IMG/VR virus record: IMGVR_UViG_2900261899_000001
Coordinates: 41,248-105,247 of that record
Reading direction: 5' to 3' (one strand)
DNA: 64,000 bases
Source: a virus
Lineage: Duplodnaviria; Caudoviricetes
In this document: positions 46,210-53,645 of the stretch, in pieces
How the letters are laid out: every line of letters starts with the position of its first letter
Position numbering within the stretch: the stretch's first letter is position 1
Made by a program: the position numbers and the translations under genes
Notes under the pieces: model-generated
What the model was told of the DNA's origin: nothing
Databases searched by the model: none
Seen by the model: only the letters and a program-made list of their open reading frames with translations

Positions 46210-48729
46210 TCAGGCTAGGACGCGACCGCCGTACCCTACCGGCGTTTTCAGCGTCGAATCGTCGAACGAACCGGTCCCGTTTCTCGTGTTCGCTTCGGCG
46301 ACCTGATGGTGCGTCACGGACCGACCGACCGTGCGGCCGTCGAGATGCACCGAGCTGGCAACCTGGATCGGGGCGGAACGCCCCTTGTAGATCAGGGAGC
46401 TCGATTTGCCGGGTGTCGCACCGCCACCGCCACCGCCGCCGGACGCGCCGCTTCCGAGATCGGCGCCGCCCGCCGGTTTGGCGCTTGCGCTTCCGATCGC
46501 GGCACGAGCAGCAGCCGCTACCCCGCCGATCCAACCCGCAAGCGCGTTCAGCGGGCCGCCAGCGCCTTGCGCCGCTTGCCCCGCCTTCTGAGCGCCAGAC
46601 GCAGCCTCATTGAGCGTGGAGACCGCACCAGCTGCCGTAGACGCGAGCCGCTGCTTGGCCGCTTCGATATTCTCCGTCGAAAGGCCCAGCCCTTCGGTGC
46701 CGATGTGACGCCGCGGGTTTTCACCACCGCCCGTCATGAATCCGTCGGGACCGCCGAACTCGAATGGCGTGGTACTTTTTCGGCGCTGCTCGGATAGAGT
46801 GTCGGCAAGTTTGCGAGCTGGCTCGCCTGCGATCTTATCCCACGGAAGCGTGACGGCGGCGATGGTGACAGCCGCACCGGCACCGACAGCCAGCGCTGGA
46901 AGGCTGAGCGTGCCGACGGCGGCAATAGCTAGTGCTGCAATACCCGCAGCTGCCGCACCACCGACAACAGCGGCCGTGGCGCCCATCGCCGTCTCGGCTG
47001 CGACTGGATGCTTCTCTAGTGTGTTTGCCACGCCTCCAAGCGCTGCGTTCAAGCGGTTAAGGTTGTCGACAAGGTTTGGGATTGCTGGCTCCGAGAGTGC
47101 GGTCGCCACTGCGCCGCCCTGCGATTTGGTGCCCTGCAGAGCCGCATAGGGGTCGTCGCGCCTATAGGCCGTGGTATCGCCGGAAGTCTTATCGTACCCG
47201 GCGAAGTCTTTTTCGATCTTACTTTTTTGCTGCGCCAATTCGAACAAAAATCCGTAGGCGTTCTTGTCGGTAAAAATTTTACCGAGGGTACGAAGCAGAT
47301 CGGTCTTGTCATCAGTATTGACGCCACCCGCTTTGAGCTTCGGAATGACGTTGTTGTAAAGCCATAGATCCGGGTCCTTGGCCCGGTCATAAGTTTTTCC
47401 GTCCAAGCCCACATCTGAAAATTGAGCACCCGGCTGGACTAACGTGTGTTTCTTGTTCCAAGTGACAGTTGGTTCTTGAAGAAGATTATATTTGTAGGCT
47501 TCAGTGAGCCCCGAGCCCAGCATACGCAAGCCACCGACACCCTTTGCCGCGAAGGTCGCGAACTGGGTACCGGCGCGCTGTCCAATTTCCTGCGAAAGCG
47601 CCGCGAAGGCGCCGTAGCGAAAGTGGTCGCTGGTCAGATTTAGCATCTGACCGCCGTTTTTCTGTGCGGTAAAGTAGTTCGATGGGTTGAGCTTGTCGCC
47701 GTACCAGAAGGCCAACCTCATCAGCGAGTTGGCGTGCTTCTTGACCCCCTCCGAGGTAATCTCGTTAGCTGTTTCAGCCGATTTCACGGCCGTGTAAATC
47801 TCGTTTACAGCGTTCTTAGCGCCGTGATTGCCGGCTTTGGCCTTCAGTGCCGAGAACTCTGGTAGCAATTCTGGCGCTTCGTGAATTGCTTTGTCGATGT
47901 CGCCAAGAATACCGCGGAGATCGTTGATGTGCTCGAAGATCTCGACAGGGGATAGATTAGGAAATTGTTGCGAACCCTTATATGAAAGTTCCTTGGCATG
48001 ATCGATCTGCGCTGGGCTAGCTCCGGTCTGCCGCATGCCGAGTTCAATGTGGCGCATATCGACGCCGGTCTCGATGACCTCAGAGAGCGTATGGACCCCG
48101 CCGGAGACCCCAATGACGCTTGCAAGTGCCGAGCCTTCATGGCCGACGAGACCATGCGTTCCGTGACTGCGCCGGCCATGCCCCCTGCCACGCGTGGCGC
48201 GCCCGGCACCGGTGCCAGCGCCCCCGGCCCCGCCGCCACCCCGGACGGGCGTTGGCAAGTTCACATTGCTCGCGGCTGACTGCAGGCGACGCATGGCGCC
48301 GGCCGCCGAATTGATCCGGCTCGTCCAACCCGAGATCGACTGCGTGACACCCCGCGCCGCTGAAGCGACGCCTTGGGTCTCGCGGCGCATGACGCGCATC
48401 TCGGCGATGGGCTTGCCGATGGCGCTGGCCCAGCGCTGCATTTCACGGTCCAGACCGTTGCCACCCTTCAAGCCAGACATGGCACGCGAGATCCGCGCGA
48501 CCTCGCGCTCGATCTTTTGGCCGGCGGAGGAGGACTTCGACAGTTCGCGGTTCAGTTGGCCGGCGGCGGACGCAGCGCGGTTCAGGGGCGAGACCCAGCG
48601 ACCGAACGATTTCTCAACGGATTTGGTTTTAGAGTCGACATCGCTCAGGGTCTTGAGCAGGCGCGTCATCTCGGGCACGAGATTGCCCGCGAGCGTCATG
48701 CTCGTCTGGATGCGATACACGTCGCTCAC
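46210..48729 (-). CDS. Tape measure protein
   Basis: 839 aa helical Ala/Gly-rich ORF between tail chaperone region and baseplate; C-terminal LDGR.V. Confidence 0.8.
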   Translation of the reverse strand: MSDVYRIQTSMTLAGNLVPEMTRLLKTLSDVDSKTKSVEKSFGRWVSPLNRAASAAGQLNRELSKSSSAGQKIEREVARISRAMSGLKGGNGLDREMQRWASAIGKPIAEMRVMRRETQGVASAARGVTQSISGWTSRINSAAGAMRRLQSAASNVNLPTPVRGGGGAGGAGTGAGRATRGRGHGRRSHGTHGLVGHEGSALASVIGVSGGVHTLSEVIETGVDMRHIELGMRQTGASPAQIDHAKELSYKGSQQFPNLSPVEIFEHINDLRGILGDIDKAIHEAPELLPEFSALKAKAGNHGAKNAVNEIYTAVKSAETANEITSEGVKKHANSLMRLAFWYGDKLNPSNYFTAQKNGGQMLNLTSDHFRYGAFAALSQEIGQRAGTQFATFAAKGVGGLRMLGSGLTEAYKYNLLQEPTVTWNKKHTLVQPGAQFSDVGLDGKTYDRAKDPDLWLYNNVIPKLKAGGVNTDDKTDLLRTLGKIFTDKNAYGFLFELAQQKSKIEKDFAGYDKTSGDTTAYRRDDPYAALQGTKSQGGAVATALSEPAIPNLVDNLNRLNAALGGVANTLEKHPVAAETAMGATAAVVGGAAAAGIAALAIAAVGTLSLPALAVGAGAAVTIAAVTLPWDKIAGEPARKLADTLSEQRRKSTTPFEFGGPDGFMTGGGENPRRHIGTEGLGLSTENIEAAKQRLASTAAGAVSTLNEAASGAQKAGQAAQGAGGPLNALAGWIGGVAAAARAAIGSASAKPAGGADLGSGASGGGGGGGATPGKSSSLIYKGRSAPIQVASSVHLDGRTVGRSVTHHQVAEANTRNGTGSFDDSTLKTPVGYGGRVLA

Positions 48730-48750
48730 GGCGTACCCCGGGGAGAAGTC

Positions 48751-49197
48751 ATGAAGGGGTTATGGCTCGCCGTTCTTGCGGCGATCATACTGGCGCCCCC
48801 AGCGGCCGCGCAGACCCAGCAGGGCTGGGCGCAATGCCGTACCGTTGCGGACAGCCTGGAGCGGCTGAAATGCTTCGATGGTCTTGGGCCCGCGCCGGTG
48901 GCGCAGGTGGGTGCCTACGAGAAAATGACCTTGATCGATTGGAAGACCGACAAGGCATCGCTACAAGGAAAAAAGGTCGAGGTCGAAGGTCTCGCCATGC
49001 CGTTTGCCGGCGGAGCGCTGCTGTCGATCCAAGCGGGCGATGTCAGTCCGGTCTTCCTTGATGTCGAGCGCGTGCCGCGGGATCAACGCAGGCGGCTTCT
49101 AGGCTGCTCGCCTATGTGCCGATTGTCGGTGCAGGGTAGCGGTGGCACGGTACAATATCAGCAGGGTATCATCGCCGATACTTTGAGTTTCCGCTAA
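48751..49197 (+). CDS. Exported protein (moron)
   Basis: Signal peptide MKGLWLAVLAAIILAPPAAA; C....D..ERL.CFD motif. Confidence 0.65.
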   Translation: MKGLWLAVLAAIILAPPAAAQTQQGWAQCRTVADSLERLKCFDGLGPAPVAQVGAYEKMTLIDWKTDKASLQGKKVEVEGLAMPFAGGALLSIQAGDVSPVFLDVERVPRDQRRRLLGCSPMCRLSVQGSGGTVQYQQGIIADTLSFR

Positions 49198-49274
49198 TTT
49201 ATTAGTCAGACGACTAACATTAAAGTCTTAGCGGATCACCCGATGCCCTGGCTGCGGCAATGGACGGAAATGAA

Positions 49275-49781
49275 TTATCGAGGCGGAAACAACAAAAGCG
49301 TCAAAAAGGCCGTTTTGCTATCTTCGCTAGCGGCCTCAAGCCCGGTCAACGCCGACTTTGCAATAAGAATAAAGTGCTCGACTTCTGACACAGTTAAGAC
49401 GTGTGATGGGTCATAATCGGCTAGCATACGCTGTTCATATAGGTCAATAAATGCGTCGGCGTACCCGGTTATTTGCGCATCAAATCCGCCTGCCGGCCAA
49501 TACCTGCTGTATTTCTGGCTTGGATTCTGCTTTTTTATTTCAACACAAAGAGACCTCATTTTGCCGTGATCTATTGATCTGTAAGCCAAGCTATAAAGGC
49601 TGCTGCCTCTTTTATCCTCTCCGACGGACTGGTCGGCGGCCGCCTTCAGACCGGCATGGAACACGGCATAATAGGTAGCCGATACTGCTCTACATCTGTC
49701 AGCCAAGCGCGGTCGTTCCTGCCCAGGCAGCACAGCGAGCAGGCGTTCGGCCTGCTCAACCAAATGTGCGGGTTCGATCAC
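49275..49781 (-). CDS. HEPN-domain protein
   Basis: RAVSATYYAVFHA, H, L...R..ADYD. Confidence 0.7.
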   Translation of the reverse strand: MIEPAHLVEQAERLLAVLPGQERPRLADRCRAVSATYYAVFHAGLKAAADQSVGEDKRGSSLYSLAYRSIDHGKMRSLCVEIKKQNPSQKYSRYWPAGGFDAQITGYADAFIDLYEQRMLADYDPSHVLTVSEVEHFILIAKSALTGLEAASEDSKTAFLTLLLFPPR

Positions 49782-50070
49782 GCTGAAGCTCTATCCAATC
49801 TTCCATTCGGGCAAAGCTAACTAGTGGCACACGGTCCTCACCGGCCCTGTGTAACTCGCTTTTCATCCTACTGATGATATTGAGCAGTTGTGTTCCTCCA
49901 AAGTCGTCGGCGTTTGCCTCTGGGTACACAATAGTTATTTTGAGCGCATCGGACCCATCGGATGTTTGAGCGCCCGCTATTGCTGTCGATATTGGGACAA
50001 ACTTACCCAAAACATCCCGAGATGTTTCCTTCGCCAGTCTTGATATTTCACCTAAATCTAGCCGCATCAC
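49756..50070 (-). CDS. Small partner of HEPN gene (possible degenerate nucleotidyltransferase fold)
   Basis: Overlaps HEPN start; DG.DAL.I.IV...GE.R.P...F. Confidence 0.5.
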   Translation of the reverse strand: MMRLDLGEISRLAKETSRDVLGKFVPISTAIAGAQTSDGSDALKITIVYPEANADDFGGTQLLNIISRMKSELHRAGEDRVPLVSFARMEDWIELQRDRTRTFG

Positions 50071-50078
50071 CGCATGCC

Positions 50079-50333
50079 TCAGCCCTGTATTCCCAGGACG
50101 GGCGCCTTCAGCCGGACGCCCGGCCCCCCGCCGTTCTCTGCGATGAACTCGAGCCCAGCCTCCGCAAGCGCTTTCTCAACCTTTGCCAGATTGTCGGTGA
50201 TAGCCTTGGGAACCCCCTCGCTCTCCTCCATCCGTTTGATTGTTGCGGGGGACACCCCAGAGGTATCCGCTAAATCCCTTACGGACCACCGAAGGTAGCC
50301 GCGTGCCATCCGAATCTGGGCCCCGGTGACCAT
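50079..50333 (-). CDS. XRE-family HTH regulator
   Basis: TGAQIRMAR..L.WS..DLA..SGVS..TIKR.E...LAEAG.EF..ENGGGPGVRL. Confidence 0.85.
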   Translation of the reverse strand: MVTGAQIRMARGYLRWSVRDLADTSGVSPATIKRMEESEGVPKAITDNLAKVEKALAEAGLEFIAENGGGPGVRLKAPVLGIQG

Positions 50334-50364
50334 AAAAGCTAAATGACCCATATTTGGTCTAGCG

Positions 50365-50413
50365 TGAGCTAAATTGGTTGACACGGGCGCCTCCATGAGC
50401 CAATTTAGCTCAT
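50365..50413 (+). promoter_or_regulatory. Promoter with inverted operator repeats
   Basis: TTGACA(50378)-N17-CAATTT; 13-bp inverted repeat TGAGCTAAATTGG (50365-77) / CCAATTTAGCTCA (50400-12). Confidence 0.65.
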
Positions 50414-50459
50414 GGCCGCTGCAAATGAAAGCGACCTTACCACTAAGAGGATCGCGCCG

Positions 50460-50804
50460 ATGCCCGTGAATGCAAAGATCCCCACCCCCCTGCGCGCAAA
50501 CATCATGGCCAGGGCCTGGGAGTTATTCCGCAAGCGCTACAATTACCCCCGCACCCCGTTCCGTTCGATCGGCCGCGCATGTTTCGCGTCGGCTCTAAAA
50601 GCCGCGTGGGCGGAAGCCCGTGAGACTGTTCGTCTTGTCGGTTTCGGGGCCGATGCCCTGAGGCGCTCTATCGAGGCACTTTCCTCTCCGGCTCACGCGG
50701 TAGGCCTTTCCTCAAGCTACGCGCTTGGCCCTCAGGCCGCGATGGAGCGGTATCAACAAAAGCTCGCTTTAACGGCCGCCCTGAACTTCGCGATTGCGGC
50801 TTGA
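50460..50804 (+). CDS. Hypothetical protein
   Basis: GAGGA RBS; IMARAW...R, FA.ALK.AWAEAR motif. Confidence 0.65.
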   Translation: MPVNAKIPTPLRANIMARAWELFRKRYNYPRTPFRSIGRACFASALKAAWAEARETVRLVGFGADALRRSIEALSSPAHAVGLSSSYALGPQAAMERYQQKLALTAALNFAIAA

Positions 50805-50815
50805 GGGAGGGAGCT

Positions 50816-51313
50816 ATGCAAAATCGGAGAGCAATCCTCACGGCCCTTATTGCGGTACCGCTGACTGGGCCGTTGTGTGCGGGTCAGCCTCATCTTGACG
50901 CGGCCCTGCTCGACCTCGGCAGGCGCTTCGATGCCGCCGTGGCGGCGCACAAAGCCCACGTCCGGGCCTACTTCGCGGCTGACGAGGCCCATACCCAGGC
51001 GCTCCAGGCCGCTAAGTCGGCTGGGCGGTTCAAGGGGCTCGACGCTGAAGCCTACGCAGCGCTCCACTCGCAGCTAATTGAGCCGTTCAACGCGGCGCTA
51101 GAGAGGGACGACGAACTCCACGACGCCTGCGGCAAGCTGGGCGAGCAAATCATCGCGATCCAACCCAAGACTCTGGATGGAATCGCTGTTCTTGCCCGTG
51201 TCTGCCAGTTCGAATCGCGGCAGGCCTGGGAAGCGCCGAAGAGCCGCGAGTACGATGAGGACGTCCTCGTTGCCCTCGTCGACGGCATCTTGGCCGTGGC
51301 CGCTACGGCGTGA
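50816..51313 (+). CDS. Hypothetical protein
   Basis: NRR..L, DAALL.LG, I......TLDG....AR. Confidence 0.6.
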   Translation: MQNRRAILTALIAVPLTGPLCAGQPHLDAALLDLGRRFDAAVAAHKAHVRAYFAADEAHTQALQAAKSAGRFKGLDAEAYAALHSQLIEPFNAALERDDELHDACGKLGEQIIAIQPKTLDGIAVLARVCQFESRQAWEAPKSREYDEDVLVALVDGILAVAATA

Positions 51314-51753
51314 CCTACGAGGAATACCTTGCATCCCCACGATGGGCCGAGCTGCGCCGGCTGAGGCTAGCCCTCGACGGATTCCGCTGCCGGGGCTGCG
51401 ATACCGCCGACAATCTTGAGGTTCACCACCGGCGCTACGGCACCCCGCTGGGCAGCGAGACGGTCGACGACCTGACGACGCTCTGTGGCGGCCCCGAGGG
51501 CTGCCACCACGCGATCACCACCATCATCCGCCGCCGCCTGTACGCGACCCGTCAGTATGACGTGACCGCAGTCGCTCGGCTGGCCCCCGGCAATCTGGAG
51601 AAGAACGATGTCCCAGGACTACGAGCGTTTAAGATTTCGGCTCACCGGCGTGTCGCCCCTGGTCATGCACAACGGTCGCTTGGCGAACCCGCTGGACTCG
51701 TTTGCGAAGGCGCTGAAGGCGGTCTCGGGAAAGCGCGGCAAGACGGACGCTGA
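51310..51753 (+). CDS. HNH endonuclease
   Basis: Y.EYL.SPRW...R...L..DGFRCRGC....LEVHH..Y...G.E...DL.TLC....CH. Confidence 0.8.
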   Translation: MTYEEYLASPRWAELRRLRLALDGFRCRGCDTADNLEVHHRRYGTPLGSETVDDLTTLCGGPEGCHHAITTIIRRRLYATRQYDVTAVARLAPGNLEKNDVPGLRAFKISAHRRVAPGHAQRSLGEPAGLVCEGAEGGLGKARQDGR

Positions 51754-52183
51754 CTTCGAGGAGATGGCCCGTATCGAGTTCCTGGGCGGCCTCTATGTCG
51801 GCGACGATGGTCCTTGCATCCCCGGCGAATTGATCGAAGCGGTCCTGATCGCGGCGGCCAAAAAGAACAAGCGCGGCATGCAGGCCAAGGCCGGCATCCT
51901 TTCGGACGGCAACCACCGGGTCGAGTACCACGGCCCCAGAGGGGCAGAGGAGCTGTGGGCGGACGACCGCTTCCGCCTCGTTGCCGGCGTTCGTGTCGGA
52001 CAGGCCCGTGTGATGCGGACCCGCCCGATCTTTCGGGAGTGGTCGTCAGAAATCTTCGTTGACTTCCTGCCGGGTCAATTGAACCGGGCGGACGTCGCGG
52101 GAATGGTTAGAACCGCAGGCACCATCGTCGGCATCGGCGATTGGAGGCCGCGGTTTGGAAGGTTCACAGTGGAGACGCTGTGA
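51608..52183 (+). CDS. Stand-alone RAMP/Cas7-like protein
   Basis: N-terminal strand RFRLTGVSPLVMHN, central PCIPGELIEAVLIAAA, C-terminal Gly-rich loop AGTIVGIGDWRPRFGRFTV; GGAG RBS; directly followed by pentamer array. Confidence 0.7.
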   Translation: MSQDYERLRFRLTGVSPLVMHNGRLANPLDSFAKALKAVSGKRGKTDADFEEMARIEFLGGLYVGDDGPCIPGELIEAVLIAAAKKNKRGMQAKAGILSDGNHRVEYHGPRGAEELWADDRFRLVAGVRVGQARVMRTRPIFREWSSEIFVDFLPGQLNRADVAGMVRTAGTIVGIGDWRPRFGRFTVETL

Positions 52184-52273
52184 TAGCCCGGTAGGGCAAG
52201 GCGGGTCGCGGCATGCCTCGGCAAGGCGTGGTTCGGTAGGGGTGAAAAGGGCCGGCTTTCGCCGGCCCTTTTC
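52184..52273 (+). ncRNA. GGY-NN pentamer array RNA 1 (candidate gapped guide RNA)
   Basis: TAGCCC, then GGTAG GGCAA GGCGG GTCGC GGCAT GCCTC GGCAA GGCGT GGTTC GGTAG GGGTG, then hairpin AAAAGGGCCGGC-TTTC-GCCGGCCCTTTT. Confidence 0.8.
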
Positions 52274-52277
52274 CACA

Positions 52278-52715
52278 TCAGCGGTTTGTCGCTCCGCTCA
52301 GGTGCCGGAACACGGCTTCGCCGAGGATGCGGTGAACCTCGCCCTCCTTGCGGACAGCAGCTGTCTTCAGGACCGGGCGAGGCGGGATCCCGCGGGAGGT
52401 TCCCAACTCCTGCCACGTCGCCTTCGGATCGTCGGACCCCACGGCGGCTTCGTGGTCGCTCACAACGGTGCGCGCGTAGGCATCGCGCATGGCGCCGGTT
52501 TCGAGCAGTGGGCTATCGCCCGTGGCTTTTCGAGCCACGGTCTCGCTCTGCAAGGCTGGCCACCCGGGTTGGTAGGTCCCGGGCAGCCGCTTTGCCTCAT
52601 CGAGAACGACCTCCGAAGCTTGTTCGAGCCCGCGGCGTTGAGCGGCCGGCAGGGTAGCGACGCGGCCGCGCATAAAGCCGACGAACGCACCGATCGACGA
52701 GAACGTGCGCGCCAT
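52278..52715 (-). CDS. HK97 gp10-like tail completion/morphogenesis protein
   Basis: W..L...T..RK, PLLETG.MR, A..QELGT..IPPRP.L. Confidence 0.75.
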   Translation of the reverse strand: MARTFSSIGAFVGFMRGRVATLPAAQRRGLEQASEVVLDEAKRLPGTYQPGWPALQSETVARKATGDSPLLETGAMRDAYARTVVSDHEAAVGSDDPKATWQELGTSRGIPPRPVLKTAAVRKEGEVHRILGEAVFRHLSGATNR

Positions 52716-52718
52716 CGA

Positions 52719-52900
52719 TCATCCGTCTTGCCTGCGCCAGGACCATGAGCCCCAGTCGAATTCGCCGCCCCGGTTCTTGCCGTGGGTGATGACGAGAGCT
52801 TGCCGCATCGTGCTGTCGAGGCTGAACGCCACATCGAACGGGACCCCGGCACTGACGAGCGCCATGCACTCCTGCAGCTCGGGGTCCTCGGTCAGTTTTT
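52719..52900 (-). CDS. -1 frameshift extension of tail assembly chaperone
   Basis: Open -1 frame after slippery A AAA AAC; LVSAGVPFDVAFSL...G..FDW. Confidence 0.6.
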
Positions 52901-53323
52901 TACCGCGTCCGGATCGAAGGTGTCGGGCTCGGCCGTCTTGAAGACCTTGCCCATCTCGTCGGTGAGCTCGTCCCAGTCCTCGCCAATGCGGAACACGAGA
53001 GCCTCGATCTGGCTCTGCGAGGACGGCATGGAGACCGGCTGCCGATCGATGGCGGTCACCGAGCAGGCGATCATCGCATAGTTCGCGTACAGCGCGTTCA
53101 CGACATGCTCGGAACCGATTGCCTTCGAGGCGAGCATCCGATCCAGTGGGCCGAGCTTGCGAACCGTGAAGGTTCGGCCACTCGACAGTTCGATCTCGGC
53201 AACCTTTTTCGACGGCGCCGCCGCCACGATGGTCTGAGACGGAGTCGGCGTCTGCACAGCCGGCGCCACCGGGCCGGTCTCGGGTGCCGCGGTCTCGCCG
53301 GCCTGGATGATCTTCACGCCCAT
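52892..53323 (-). CDS. Tail assembly chaperone
   Basis: Downstream of tube; ends GTA AAA AAC TGA. Confidence 0.7.
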   Translation of the reverse strand: MGVKIIQAGETAAPETGPVAPAVQTPTPSQTIVAAAPSKKVAEIELSSGRTFTVRKLGPLDRMLASKAIGSEHVVNALYANYAMIACSVTAIDRQPVSMPSSQSQIEALVFRIGEDWDELTDEMGKVFKTAEPDTFDPDAVKN

Positions 53324-53414
53324 AACTGTGTCTCAGCCTGCTTCGGTGGAGGAAAGGTGTCGACGCGCGCGTGAAACCGTCCGAGGGTCCGGTTGTCTCG
53401 GGCAAGGAATTTCG

Positions 53415-53645
53415 ATGCGGCGAATGATGTACGGCGCGCTGGCGGCGATCGCAGCGCTATGGTTGGTGGCGCCGGCGCCCGCGCAAGCGACGCCCGGCAT
53501 GCTGAATGCCCAAGGGTGCCATGGGCATCCCCGGCACTGTCACAGCCGCTCAGACTGGAGCACCAACAGCAGGGGACGACACTATGTGGCGGGGCACTTC
53601 GGCGGCGGTCATCGGCATCGTCGCCGCGGTCATCGGCGCCGGTAG
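53415..53645 (+). CDS. Small secreted His/Arg-rich protein
   Basis: Signal peptide, G.LNAQGCH....HCH, basic tail. Confidence 0.55.
   Translation: MRRMMYGALAAIAALWLVAPAPAQATPGMLNAQGCHGHPRHCHSRSDWSTNSRGRHYVAGHFGGGHRHRRRGHRRR

Noticed and set aside
48715-48744. Tape-measure start as target of array 1
   Set aside because: Peptide resemblance (MSDV vs MSNV) but only 8/20 nt
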